A stretch of 45,980 bases of DNA from Octopus bimaculoides (GCF_001194135.2 NC_068983.1:17676765-17722744), one strand, 5' to 3'; counted from the stretch's first letter, positions 1 through 12,008 are shown. Program-made: numbers and translations. Notes: generated by a model not told the origin, from the letters alone.

Positions 1-181
1 ATATATAGCGAATAAAAGTCTAATTAATGGAAACGAATGAACGTATAGAGCAATTAATAGATATATGTCTGAAAAATAAATAGATAGGTTGATAGGTAAC
101 AAACATGTAGAGATATTAAGTAAGTAGGCAGGAGTTAGCTAGGTTTATAATCACATAGGTAGATAAGTATGAAGTTACGGA

Positions 182-183
<2 letters not shown>

Positions 184-224
<41 letters not shown>

Positions 225-260
225 TATATATATGTGTGTGTGTATGTGTGTGTGTGTGTA
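184..260. repeat. (TA)n/(TG)n compound microsatellite
   Basis: Direct reading of alternating TA then TG tracts. Confidence 0.95.
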
Positions 261-934
261 GGTAGATTGAGTGATAGGTAGATAGATCGGTTGATATGAT
301 ATGTACCTATTTATTGATGCAAAATATTGCCATTAGAAAGCAACGGTAGATATGGTTCAGAACATGTTGATATTTCCGTTAAATATAACTTAGAATCTAC
401 AGGAAATATGAAAGCATATAATATTTGCATTAGGCTCTGACTTCGGAAGAATGTTTGTATGGTTTAAAGCGGAAAATGATACAAACGACGAATATTATAT
501 AAATACAAGGAAATTCCATTTGTAGCATCTGCAAAAATAATAGGTAATGCATGGTCGAAAGCAATAAAATAGCATAATGGAAACATATTTGCAGTTTACT
601 TGAGAGCGAATATCTTGATATATTGATTTCTCACATCGACTAATGTTAAACAATTACATGGAAGCACTGTGTTAGATTACACCGACCAGAATATATTACT
701 GGTCCTTACTTTATGAACCTCAGAACGATAAATGGTGATATTAATCTCAGAGGTATTTGAAGCAATCTTGTCATATTAAATGGAAATTCGTGGTGCAATG
801 GCATGAATTCTTAGCAAAAGAATCATAGAAAAGTTAGTTCTAATATATCTCCATTTATGAAAATAAAACTGTTACAATATTAACGATAGAATATTGGTTT
901 CAAATTTTGGCATAACGCCAGTGAATTCGAAGGT

Positions 935-1103
935 GAATAAGTCAATTTCATTGACTCAATTGTTCAGCTGGCATTTATCTTATCGACCCCAAGTGGATAA
1001 AAAGTGAAGCTGACCCCAACGACATTTGAACTCAGAGTGTAAAGTGGGAAAAATGCCGTTAAGCATTTTCTAGGCGTGGTAACTGCTCTACCAGCTCGAC
1101 GAC
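935..1103 (-). mobile_element. tRNA-derived SINE, family A, degenerate
   Basis: Reverse complement of the head seen at 1197, 3816 and 40852; contains ATTTGAACTCAG (B box, reversed) and TATCGACCCC. Confidence 0.8.
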
Positions 1104-1196
1104 TTATACTAACGATAAAATATCAAGATCTTGTTTCATATGAAAATGCACGTAAAGTTCGGGAATACATACTACAGTTTATTATTACAGATTCTA

Positions 1197-1277
1197 AAGT
1201 GACGAGCTGGCAGAATCGTTAGCACGCAGAGCAAAAACTCTATGCGGCATTTCGTCTATCTTTACGTTCTGAGTTCA
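1197..1277 (+). mobile_element. SINE family A, 5' head only
   Basis: GACGAGCTGGCAGAATCGTTAGCACG...TTTACGTTCTGAGTTCA; breaks off inside the B box. Confidence 0.85.
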
Positions 1278-1343
1278 TATACATCTGCGATATTCTCTAT
1301 GAATTGATAAGGCGAGTTAGATATAACCCTAGACAACCGAATG

Positions 1344-1395
1344 AGAATCACTGATGAGGATTCATCAAATCCGTAATCATCGATGATCTGGCTCT
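1344..1395 (+). ncRNA. Degenerate minimal type I hammerhead ribozyme (core GAAA mutated to GTAA)
   Basis: Stem I AGAATCA/TGGCTCT (6 of 7 pairs); CTGATGA 1351-1357; stem II GGATT/AATCC; GTAA 1373-1376; palindromic stem III ATCATCGATGAT; NUH = ATC (1386-1388). Confidence 0.65.
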
Positions 1396-1565
1396 GTCTC
1401 GCTTGCTGTAGGGAGCTTGTCTTCCTTGTCAGTCATTAGATAAGTGCTTCCTCGTGGCTAACAGTTGTTCTGACTTTTATTTCTAGCACCCTTACTCACC
1501 TTAATGACGTCTATACTAATGCCTCTTGATTGTAAATTCCATATAAATCACCTTAGTAATTCATT

Positions 1566-1606
<41 letters not shown>

Positions 1607-1814
1607 TGTGTGTGTGTGTGTATGTGTGTGTGTGTGCATATATATATANNNNNNNNNNNNNNNNNNNNNNNNNNNNNNNNNNNNNNNNNNNNNNNNNNNN
1701 NNNNNNNNNNNNNNNNNNNNNNNNNNNNNNNNNNNNNNNNNNNNNNNNNNNNNNNNNNNNNNNNNNNNNNNNNNNNNNNNNNNNNNNNNNNNNNNNNNNN
1801 NNNNNNNNNNNNNN

Positions 1815-2861
1815 CAGGGTGTCCATAAAATCTCTTTACAATTTCAAAGTTTATTACAAAAGCAAATAAATAGATAAATCTGTGGAAATTATTACAAAAT
1901 AGGGAGTAGATAATGGATTTTTTTTGCCTCGTTTAACACATCTCTATTTGGGTACCATTAGTGGCACATCAAGACGGTAACCAATTTCTTGCCCTGTTCG
2001 CTGTAGTATAGCCTTATCAATGGTGGCAATGGCATCAATGATTATTTGCTTCAGGTCGTTGATCTCCCGTATCTTTGTTCGATACACGATGTCTTTAACA
2101 TAAGCCCATAGTAAAAGGTCCATGGGAGTAATATCTGGAGAACAAGGGAGCCAGGGAATTGGGCCATCTCTTCCAATTCACCAGTTAGGAAATGTTTGAT
2201 TTAGGAACCCACGAACATGTAGTCCTGAATATGGTGGTGCACCATCCTGATGGAAAATGATGGTTGGTTGATGGTCATCCATTTTTGGTGCCATATATTC
2301 AGTCAAAAGGTCAGGGTAAACCTTTGCAGAAATTGATCTCTCTGTGAAGTAAAATGGACGAATGATTCGATTGTGCATCTTTCCACACGAGACATTCACC
2401 TTTGGACTATCTCGATGAAGTTCCCTAGTCACATGGGAGTATTCGGATCCCCAGATCCTCACATTATGTGCATTTAGCTTCCTTGAAACATAAAAGGTTG
2501 CCTCATCACTGAAACAAACTCGGATGAGGAATGTTGCATCCCCAGAAGTTCGTTCCAACATGATAACTGCTAACTCTTTTCGTCATTGTTTATCATTTGG
2601 TTCCAGTGCCGGTACAAAGTGCACTTGGTAAGCGTACAATCATAACTTCTTGTGCAGAACTTTGTGTACTGGTATCTACAGTTATCTGGCAGCAGTACCT
2701 ATGGGCTTTGTAGGAGAACTAGCAACAGGATACCTGAAGAATACAAATGTAATGTGATTAAAAACTTTGATAACTACTGATTACATAGAAGAAATCTGAT
2801 AAACATATCTTATCAATCACCTTTGTAATAAATTTTTCATATTGTTAAAAGATTTTATGGA

Positions 2862-2895
<34 letters not shown>
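1815..2895 (-). mobile_element. Tc1/mariner superfamily transposon, rosa-type DD41D, defective
   Basis: ORF 2178-2561 has FSDEATF and HQDGAPP; reading through a TGA gives W*IGRDGPIPWLPCSPDITPMDLLLW, with 41 residues between the second and third catalytic D. TIR CAGGGTGTCCATAAAATCT...TTTATTACAA at 1815 matches the inverted copy at about 2823-2868. The right end runs into TA; the left end abuts an N gap. Confidence 0.9.
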
Positions 2896-3815
2896 TATAT
2901 ATATATATATATANNNNNNNNNNNNNNNNNNNNNNNNNNNNNNNNNNNNNNNNNNNNNNNNNNNNNNNNNNNNNNNNNTATGCATATATATATGCATCTC
3001 ATATGTTTATATGATTTATATGCCAAATATGATTGAGCTACGTTTGAGCTGAGTTTACATGTATCCTTCAGTTATTTCCTTTTTATCTAATTATTTATTG
3101 AAAAAAAAAAAATTAAATAAAATTCCTTTTCGCATTGCATTTCTATAGGAGGAACAAAACATAATTAGAAAGAACACATCAATCTGATAAAAAAATGCTC
3201 GTAGTATTTAATATGATTTGTGTAAAGATGAGACATTGTACTGTAGTCACTGCAAAGATTACAGAAGCGAACTATTGTAATTTGAGTATGAAAATACTCA
3301 AATAAAGATATTAAAAAAAGCAACTAATAAATAAATAAAAATAGAAAGTTAAATGAAATAAATAAAAGTTTTTAAGTTAAAGTTAAATTTCTTCCAGGTT
3401 CGCAGAAAAGACTGAAATTATCGAATAGACTTCCTTCAAAGTATATACTTCCATTTGTGCTTCAATTTCTATTGACCTACAACGCAAGCGCCATGTTTCT
3501 TGTCGAGCCTTTAGGCAAAATCTTTAGCTCTGCCTACATTGCATAAATATATTTAGTTGTTGTGTCATATATAATTTAAGAATGACAATATTTTTTCTTT
3601 TGCGATATAACTTCCTTCCAAACATCATTGCGCTGACTTTGTATGATCTGCTATTGTGTTTACAAATGATATTTTTTACTGTTTGTTTTTCTAGTTGTTT
3701 TTTTTTGCATCGCTTTACCCCACCCCAGCCCTGAACGGGTAAATTTACGACCCATGCTGTTCCAACTTTAATCATTCTACCTCATCTTTTCAGATATTAT
3801 ACATCTTGGTCTATA

Positions 3816-3907
3816 AAGGTGGTGAGCTGGAAAAACCGTTAGCACGCCGGACAAAAATCTTAGAAGCATATCGTCCGCTTTTATATTCTCAGTTCAAATT
3901 TCACAGA
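3816..3907 (+). mobile_element. SINE family A, 5' head
   Basis: AAAGGTGGTGAGCTGG...CGTTAGCACGCCGGACAAAA...CAGTTCAAATT. Confidence 0.85.
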
Positions 3908-3924
3908 TAGCCACAATTACCAGA

Positions 3925-4693
3925 TAGCCAGACATTAAAATCGTTGACAGGAGGAGAGAGTTATAAGTATCTTGGAGTATTAGAATCTGACAGAATACTA
4001 ACTACAGAAATAAAAAATCGAAAATTGAGAAATAAGGCTGAAAGAGCTAATGAAGTTAAAGCTAAACTGTCCGAATCTAGTGAAAGCTGTAAATACTTGG
4101 GCAGTATCATGACTTAGATACTCAGCATCTTTTGTAGATTGGACAAAAACTGAATTAGCAAAGCTAGACAGAAAAATTAGGAAGGAATTCAATATGATTG
4201 GAGGACTCTATCAAAGAAAAGAAGACGGAAGAGGGTTAATATCAGCAGAAGACTGCGTGAAGTTAGCTAGAGTAGATATAGACTCCTATGTAGGTAATAA
4301 GGAAGAAAGTTTACTAAAAGCTTCTGGACTCACAGCAAGACATAGGGAAACCAAAACACCAAACGAAGTTAAAAGCCAGAAAAAAGAACAGAAATGATCT
4401 GACTGGCAGGAGAAGGCATAGCATGGTAGATTCCTAAAGATAGTTGCAACGAATAGTAATAGTGAAACATGGTTGCAGAAATGAAAGGAAGGAGACAAAA
4501 AGTTTGGAAGGAGACAAAAAGTTTGGAAGAAAACAAAAAGTTTGGAAGGAGACAAAAAGTTTGGAAGCACACAAGATCACGCATTAAGGACTAATTGGAT
4601 AAGCCAAGAAAGAGAAAAAACAAGTAGATTCCCAATGTAGATAATGCAAATCAAAAGAGGAAAGTATTACTTATATAGTAAGTGAATGTAGCA
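3925..4693 (+). mobile_element. R4/Dong-clade non-LTR retrotransposon fragment (post-RT region to CCHC knuckle), frameshifted
   Basis: Translates across frames to ESYKYLGVLESD, AVNTWAVS*LRYSASFVDWTKTELAKLDRKIRK, GRGLISAEDCV, AQDHALRTNWI and CR*CKSKEESITYIVSECS, motifs typical of R4/Dong ORFs. Confidence 0.8.
4491..4566 (+). repeat. 19-bp minisatellite x4 (GGAGACAAAAAGTTTGGAA)
   Basis: Units start at 4491, 4510, 4529 (variant GAAAAC...) and 4548. Confidence 0.95.
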
Positions 4694-5656
4694 TGTATTG
4701 GTGGTAGACCCTGTCAAAAGCTTTCGATTGATCTAAATTGATCAAGGCCCCACCCGTTCCATGTTCCTTACCTACTCTCTCTATCATGTAGTACGTGAGG
4801 TGGAGAATTGTCGTATATAGTTCTGGTGAGGATAGCAGAGTTATGGGCCTAAAGTTATCAATTTTATCCCCCTTATTCAGGTCCTTCCTCAACAGCACCA
4901 CCACTCCATGGCCCACAGCACTGGGAATTCTCTCGTTCTCATGCCAGTTGTGGTAAGTGTCTGCCAACAAATCACCGATTAAATCTGACATATGAAAATA
5001 AAGCTCGAAGGGCAGACCATCTCTCCCCGGAGACTTCTCTCTTGCGCAGCCCGTCATCGCGTCCCGTATGTCTTCGGCTGTTATTGGTATTTCGCAGAAC
5101 TCCGCATATCTGGTTGAGAGGTGCAGCATGCCACTGAGATAGGAGATGAAATCCACCACCGTCCCAGAACCACGGTGCGCCCCATACAGTTCGGCGAATT
5201 GTCGCTGAAATTCCGCACACATCTGCTTGGACTCGATTATCATGCGTCCATCACGGCTCGCCAAAGACCGAATTGCTGCTTTGTTTCCACGTAGCGCCTC
5301 TGCCATCCGGGCTTCTCGAACGGCTTTCGTCGCCTTCCGTCTCAGTGCACGCACTCTAGCTCTGACATTGCGACCTTCGTGCTTAGCGTTGAAGAATTGA
5401 TCAAGAGCCAATCTCACCGCTAGCACGTCGGTCGCTATACCTCTCCTAAGCGTCTCTTCTAGCTTTCTAACTAAGCCTCTCTCTATTCTAGATTCCTCTA
5501 ATGTTATTTCCTTACTAAAACCTATCGCCTCTACTCCAATATCCCTTTTCGGAGATATCCACCATCCGTTGTTGACGATTACGCCCACCATCTCTCGATG
5601 GACAAACTTGCTGACACGGTCTCTCAAAGCTTGGCGCACCGGGAAGGACGCATTTA
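4694..5656 (-). mobile_element. L1/Tx1-clade LINE ORF2 fragment (linker plus N-terminal RT)
   Basis: ORF 4671-5687 contains KSPGRDGLPFELY, DNFRPITLL and LINLDQSKAFDRV; GC-rich relative to flanks; truncated at both ends. Confidence 0.9.
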
Positions 5657-5825
5657 GTAAGTCGATTCTATTGACCCCAGCACTCAACTGGTATTTATAT
5701 TATTGACCTCGAAAGAATGAAAAACAAAGTCGACCTCGGCGGAATTTGAACTCAGAACGTAAAAACAGACGAAATGCCGCTAAGCATTTTTTACCGGCAT
5801 GCTAACGATACTGTCATCTCGCCGC
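5657..5825 (-). mobile_element. SINE family A
   Basis: GACCCCAGCACTCAACTGGTA...GTCGACCTCGGCGGAATTTGAACTCAGAACGTAAA...CTCGCCGC; supplies the spurious start of ORF 4671-5687. Confidence 0.9.
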
Positions 5826-7669
5826 ATTCATGATAATAGTAAGAATAGTAATGATAAAAATCTCTAGAATTTATTGTTAGAAATACTTTAAACGATCCCC
5901 AAGTTTAAATATAAGATACAGAATTGGTTTCACTAACTCAACTGATGTACTGTTGTGTAGCAGTGAAGGCGATATAATGCTGTTAAATATATCCTTGTAA
6001 ATCAAAGTTTTATTCATAATTCTATAACCCCAGGTATTGACAGCTTCACCTCGTGTTCAAAATCTTATCGATAAATTATAAAATCTAAAATAAGAATAGA
6101 TAAAAGGGTTTCTAAATGATTCAAATACAAGAAAAGGCGATATCTTAACAGACTATAGCTTCTANNNNNNNNNNNNNNNNNNNNNNNNNNNNNNNNNNNN
6201 NNNNNNNNNNNNNNNNNNNNNNNNNNNNNNNNNNNNNNNNNNNNNNNNNNNNNNNNNNNNNNNNNNNNNNNNNNNNNNNNNNNNNNNNNNNNNNNNNNNN
6301 NNNNNNNNNNNNNNNNNNNNNNNNNNNNNNNNNNNNNNNNNNNNNNNNNNNNNNNNNNNNNNNNNNNNNNNNNNNNNNNNNNNNNNNNNNNNNNNNNNNN
6401 NNNNNNNNNNNNNNNNNNNNNNNNNNNNNNNNNNNNNNNNNNNNNNNNNNNNNNNNNNNNNNNNNNNNNNNNNNNNNNNNNNNNNNNNNNNNNNNNNNNN
6501 NNNNNNNNNNNNNNNNNNNNNNNNNNNNNNNNNNNNNNNNNNNNNNNNNNNNNNNNNNNNNNNNNNNNNNNNNNNNNNNNNNNNNNNNNNNNNNNNNNNN
6601 NNNNNNNNNNNNNNNNNNNNNNNNNNNNNNNNNNNNNNNNNNNNNNNNNNNNNNNNNNNNNNNNNNNNNNNNNNNNNNNNNNNNNNNNNNNNNNNNNNNN
6701 NNNNNNNNNNNNNNNNNNNNNNNNNNNNNNNNNNNNNNNNNNNNNNNNNNNNNNNNNNNNNNNNNNNNNNNNNNNNNNNNNNNNNNNNNNNNNNNNNNNN
6801 NNNNNNNNNNNNNNNNNNNNNNNNNNNNNNNNNNNNNNNNNNNNNNNNNNNNNNTATATATATATATATATATATATGTGTGTTGCTATTTTTCCTCTTT
6901 TTGTAATCTATATATCTATATATCGATTTTTCGTATTCTAGACTCAAAATAACAGACAAGGAAAGAAAACGGCAGAAACTCTGTCACAACGAAGAGTCCA
7001 ACCGGTAAATGTATATGCATTTCTTTTGATTTTGTAAAAAAAAAAAAAAGAACTTTATTAATAATATCAACCTTGTCTTTGTCATCATTATTGTTTAGGT
7101 ACACGCCAGTCCTATGATAAAATATGTACTGTCGTCTATTTTTGATCAGATTCACTTAAATCTCTCTAATAGTAAAGTAGCCTAACAATGAAACCTCATT
7201 TTATACAGTAAAATGTATTTTGAAGGCGGTTTTTTCTGATATTTCTGCATATCAACTAATTAGTTAGAAGATATTCCACTGTATTTTGTGAATATGACAA
7301 AACATTTTAGTACAAGGTGATGTAAACCCAGTTTTGTAATATCTGTATTTAATGAATGGGAAATCACTGGTAAATACAAAGACACTGTGAGTTTAAAAGG
7401 TAGATTACTGGGGGATCACAAATTGGACAATGTACTGAAATTAGCCTGATATCAGAGTTACTTAAACTAAAGGCGCTACTATTTTCAAAGTGTCTCTGTA
7501 TATGTAGAAATAACGAAAAACCAGCAGTAGATTTAAAACATAAGCTACGAAAGAGCTCATAATTGATATATTCTGCTCTTTCTGTCCATCTGTCTGCCTG
7601 TCTATCTCTCTCATTCTCACATACATATATGACCATTAAAATCATTCATAGATCGTTCCGGCCCCTGGC

Positions 7670-7975
7670 TCAGAGGCGGTATGTCTCCTGTCACTGCTTC
7701 TCCTAACATTATTACAATGGCCAGTACTATTCTTAGAAGACTGGACTCATACTATCTCCACTGAAGCATTCTCATCTCATTAACATCTCATCCCGTTGCT
7801 GCATCCACCTAACGAAACTACATACTAATCACTACACCAAACCTACGTCTCCAGAATGTCAAGTCCTTGGATTATTTTGTGTGTTCCTATCTTTACACAA
7901 GTGTTGATTTGCAAGGATTCAAGAGATCATAAACTGCATCCACTTCACTGGTCTTGGTGGGCCTGACGAGGCCAT
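7670..7975 (+). mobile_element. Probable CR1/L2-group LINE 3' end, highly decayed
   Basis: Fragmentary HYYNGQ, SHPVAAS and DLQGFKR resemble C-termini of CR1/L2-group ORF2. Confidence 0.4.
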
Positions 7976-8018
7976 GGACATCACATTTTCCTCCAATCGA
8001 GCAAATAACATACATGCA

Positions 8019-8300
<282 letters not shown>

Positions 8301-8636
8301 TGCATGTTTGTGTGTATGTATCATCATGTATAGCATGCTAAACGCAAATACACTGTTGAAACATTGGAAACTGCTAAATTTGCCTCAGATGTTCTTAGAT
8401 GTTTGCTATTGGTGATATTCTTTGAAACGGACATACGTATGTAGCAATTCCATCATTGCTGCTTAACACTTTCCTTTTGTTACTGATATATTGATATATT
8501 TTTGTGTTTCTTTTAACACTATACGCTTTCACGAGGGGTTTTCTCGATGCAAATACGGCAGTTTCAAGATTTCAACAGTATATATGCGTTAAGTATGAGA
8601 TGCAAAATGCTATTCTGAACTAACAATACTTATATA

Positions 8637-8675
<39 letters not shown>

Positions 8676-9282
8676 CCTACATGTGGTAACTGTTAATACT
8701 GATACGTTTGTTTTCTCTCTCCATTTTTTTCTCTTTTCATTCATTTTTCTGGAAGAACGTAAGATCGAAACCCCAAGACTTCTTTCATCTTATTCTCAGT
8801 GTTAAACTAATTCAGTAACTTGTTATTCTTTTACCCATTATTGTCTGTTTGTTTTGCATAATTTTGGAGTACACACACATACATACACACAAACCGTATT
8901 GCACGCATCTGACTAGCTACTATAGAAGCGCAATGCAACCCATCATACGGACACACACACACACTCATACACTCACACACACACGCACACACACGCACAC
9001 ATCCATACACACATATACACGCATCACAGAACAGAGATGTCAGCTGACAATACCGTCTCTCCGAAGATTTCCACGGCGAAGTGTTTTAACCTGGAATATT
9101 GAAATACAAGGTGGTAGTACTTACCATCAACCTCAGTTATTTACCATAACTTGCATTGTTTTGGCCGTATAAAAATTAAAAGAAAACACACACACACACA
9201 CATGCACACACACATGCACACACACACAGACACACACACAGACACACAGACAGACGCACACACACACACACACACACACACA

Positions 9283-9433
9283 TACGACGGACCTCTTTCA
9301 GTTTCCGTCTACCAAATCCACTCACAAGGCTTTGGTTGGCCCGAGGCTATAGAAGAAGACACTTGCCCAAGGTGCCACGCAGTGGGACTGAACCCGGAAC
9401 CATGTGGTTGGTAAGCAAGCTACTTACCACATA
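9283..9433 (-). mobile_element. SINE family B, 5' half
   Basis: CAGTTTCCGTCTACCAAATCCACTCACAAGGCTTTGG...GTGCCACGCAGTGGGACTGAACCCGGAACCATGTGG, near-identical to 11665-11815. Confidence 0.92.
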
Positions 9434-10338
9434 CATGCATATATATGTATATATATATTTGAATTCATATTTTTATAAAACTGTCTATATCGATATATAC
9501 ATATGCGTACACATACATACATTATATGAAATAAAAGCTTCATTTACCTCTTGCTTCAATAGAATATGTTAATAAAAGCCATATATAAATTTATCAGTTA
9601 TTAGAATTGGCAGTATTGATTTAATATAGAAGAAATATGAAAATATACGCCTTGAAATTAGACGGAAACTCGAAGAATACGTGATTATTTATATTTTCAT
9701 TTTATTCGCTTTATGTTAGCCGTTTACTTGTTTTGTTTACTTATTGTGGTTCGATGTTCATCTTCTACTCGGAAAAAGAAAATATTTGACAGCTTTATCA
9801 TTATTGAATCAGAAAAGAAAAAAATAGAGGCTGGCACCAATAGAAGAAAAATGGCAATCGTGAGAGAAGAAGAATGACAGCTAGAGAGACATTTGGGAAT
9901 AATGTCTGTGTAGGCAGGAGCCTTAATAAAATATTATCGTTGCTGGATTGTTTAAGTGACAAGTCCCAAGTCACAAGTGAATTTTGTGAAGTCTAACCAT
10001 AGATATGAGGTCAAAAGCTGGTCAGGTTCAAGCCAGGCGAAGAGAATTAATCCTCAATAATACGCAGTGATGAAAAAACTGGAAATATTTATCCTTTCAT
10101 GAATATTGACAGCACCACGTCAAATAATACTCACACACACGCAGAATATATAAATTCTTACTCAACTACACACACGCACATATTCATATATGTTTTTAAA
10201 TACATGTGTATGTGTACCAGTATGTGTGAATGTATCCTAACCATGGCAATCCGTACAATTATATGACCTCTTTCAATAGAACAACACTCACGGACAAATA
10301 TGTATGCATTGTGTATGCATTTATATATATCTTATAAA

Positions 10339-10654
10339 AGGAGCACTCCGTCTGTTGCGACGACGAGGGTCCCAGCTGATATGATCAACGGAATAACTTG
10401 CTCGTGAAATTAACGTGCAAGTGGCTGAACACTCCACAGACACGTGTACCCTTAACGTAGTTCTCAGGGAGATTCAGCGTGACAGAGTGTGATAAGGTTG
10501 GCCCTTTGAAATACAGGGACTACTCATTTTTGTCAGCTGAGTGGGCTGGAGCAACGCGAAATAAAGAGTCTTGCTGAAGGATACAACGCGTCGCCGGGAA
10601 TTGAACTCACAACTTTACAATCGTGAGCCGAATGCCCTAACCACTAAGCTACAC
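10339..10654 (-). mobile_element. tRNA-derived SINE family C, near full length
   Basis: Minus-strand head TAGCTTAGTGGTTAGGGCATTCGG...GAGTTCAATTCCC has A and B boxes; body shared with 26068-26205. Confidence 0.9.
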
Positions 10655-10657
10655 TTC

Positions 10658-10830
<173 letters not shown>

Positions 10831-11420
10831 GATATTAATAATATTATGTATATATGTATAAGAGTGTGCGCATGTAAGCTACATGGTAGATACGTCTGTG
10901 CTCAAATTCAGTCGTTTTTATTAAATATTCTTTCACAATAAGTTTTAGTCTTCTATGTTATTTTTACAGAATTCCAGAAGTTTGTGATTTCTCTGAATAA
11001 AATGATATTAGTGGTGTTTTGTTTCCACGTACTGTCTAAGGCATCGAATGACCATAGTAATAATGCAGTAGCACTGAATTTACCCTGGCCAGTTTTAAAC
11101 TTCATTAACGATTGCCTAACACTCGCAAACGGTAATTGGTTTCAGCTGTAATTTGTTTGTATTTTGCAATGAATAAAACATTCCTAGTTAATTTACAATT
11201 TTGTTTTGTAGATTTCTATATAAATGGTAATGCTATCAATTAATGTTTTCTTATAGTTTTGCTTTGTGTGTTGTATTATGATATATCATCTTGGCCCTAT
11301 GTTCTAAATGCATAGAAACTGGTGAGAAAGGTTTGTACATGTGTGGCCATTGTACTATGTATTGACTAATGTGTAATCTCGTAACTATTAGTTGCATATT
11401 TTCCCGAAATATGCAACCAA

Positions 11421-11828
11421 TACTCTTTTTACTCTTTTACTTGTTTCAGTCATTTGACTGCTGCCATGCTGGAGCACCGCCTTTAGTCGAGCAAATCGAT
11501 CCCAGGACTTATTATTTGTAAGCCTAGTACTTACTCTATCGGACTCTTTTGCCGAATCGCTAAGTTACGGGGACGTAAACACACCAGCATCGGTTGTCAA
11601 GCGATGTTGGGGGGATGCAAACACCGCCACACAAATACACATATATATATACATATACATATATACGACTGGCTTCCTTCAGTTTCGGTCTACCAAATCC
11701 ACTCACAAGGCTTTGGTCGGCCCGAGACTATAGTAGAAGACATTTGCCCACGGTGCCACGCAGTGGGACTGAACCCGGAACCATGTGGTCCGTAAGCAAT
11801 TTACTTACCACACAGCAACTCCTGCGCC
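11421..11828 (-). mobile_element. SINE family B, full length with internal microsatellite
   Basis: Minus strand runs from head GGCGCAGGAGTTGCTGTGTGGTAAG, through an internal TA/TG tract near 11635-11665, to a 3' tail TAAAAGAGTA-like repeat. Confidence 0.93.
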
Positions 11829-11899
11829 AATAAACACATGCAAAAATACAACTAAATGCATTCAATCATACTGACATATACTTGTATTTATATACAGAT

Positions 11900-11971
11900 C
11901 TATCTGTCTATGTATGTATGTATGTATGTATGTATGTATGTATGTATGTATCTATCTATCTATCTATCTAT

Positions 11972-12008
<37 letters not shown>

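Noticed and set aside
400-620. Possible decayed coding sequence (ALGSDFGRMFVWF..., EIPFVASAKIIGNAWSK)
   Set aside because: Stops in all frames and no family assignable by eye.
4491-4566. CRISPR-like array
   Set aside because: Head-to-tail tandem units with no spacers, in eukaryotic LINE DNA.
4671-5687. 338-aa ORF as a functional gene
   Set aside because: It is a truncated Tx1/L1 ORF2 piece; the start comes from an adjacent SINE and there is no YADD motif.
10590-10654. tRNA gene
   Set aside because: A and B boxes are present, but they form the head of a SINE with no full cloverleaf.
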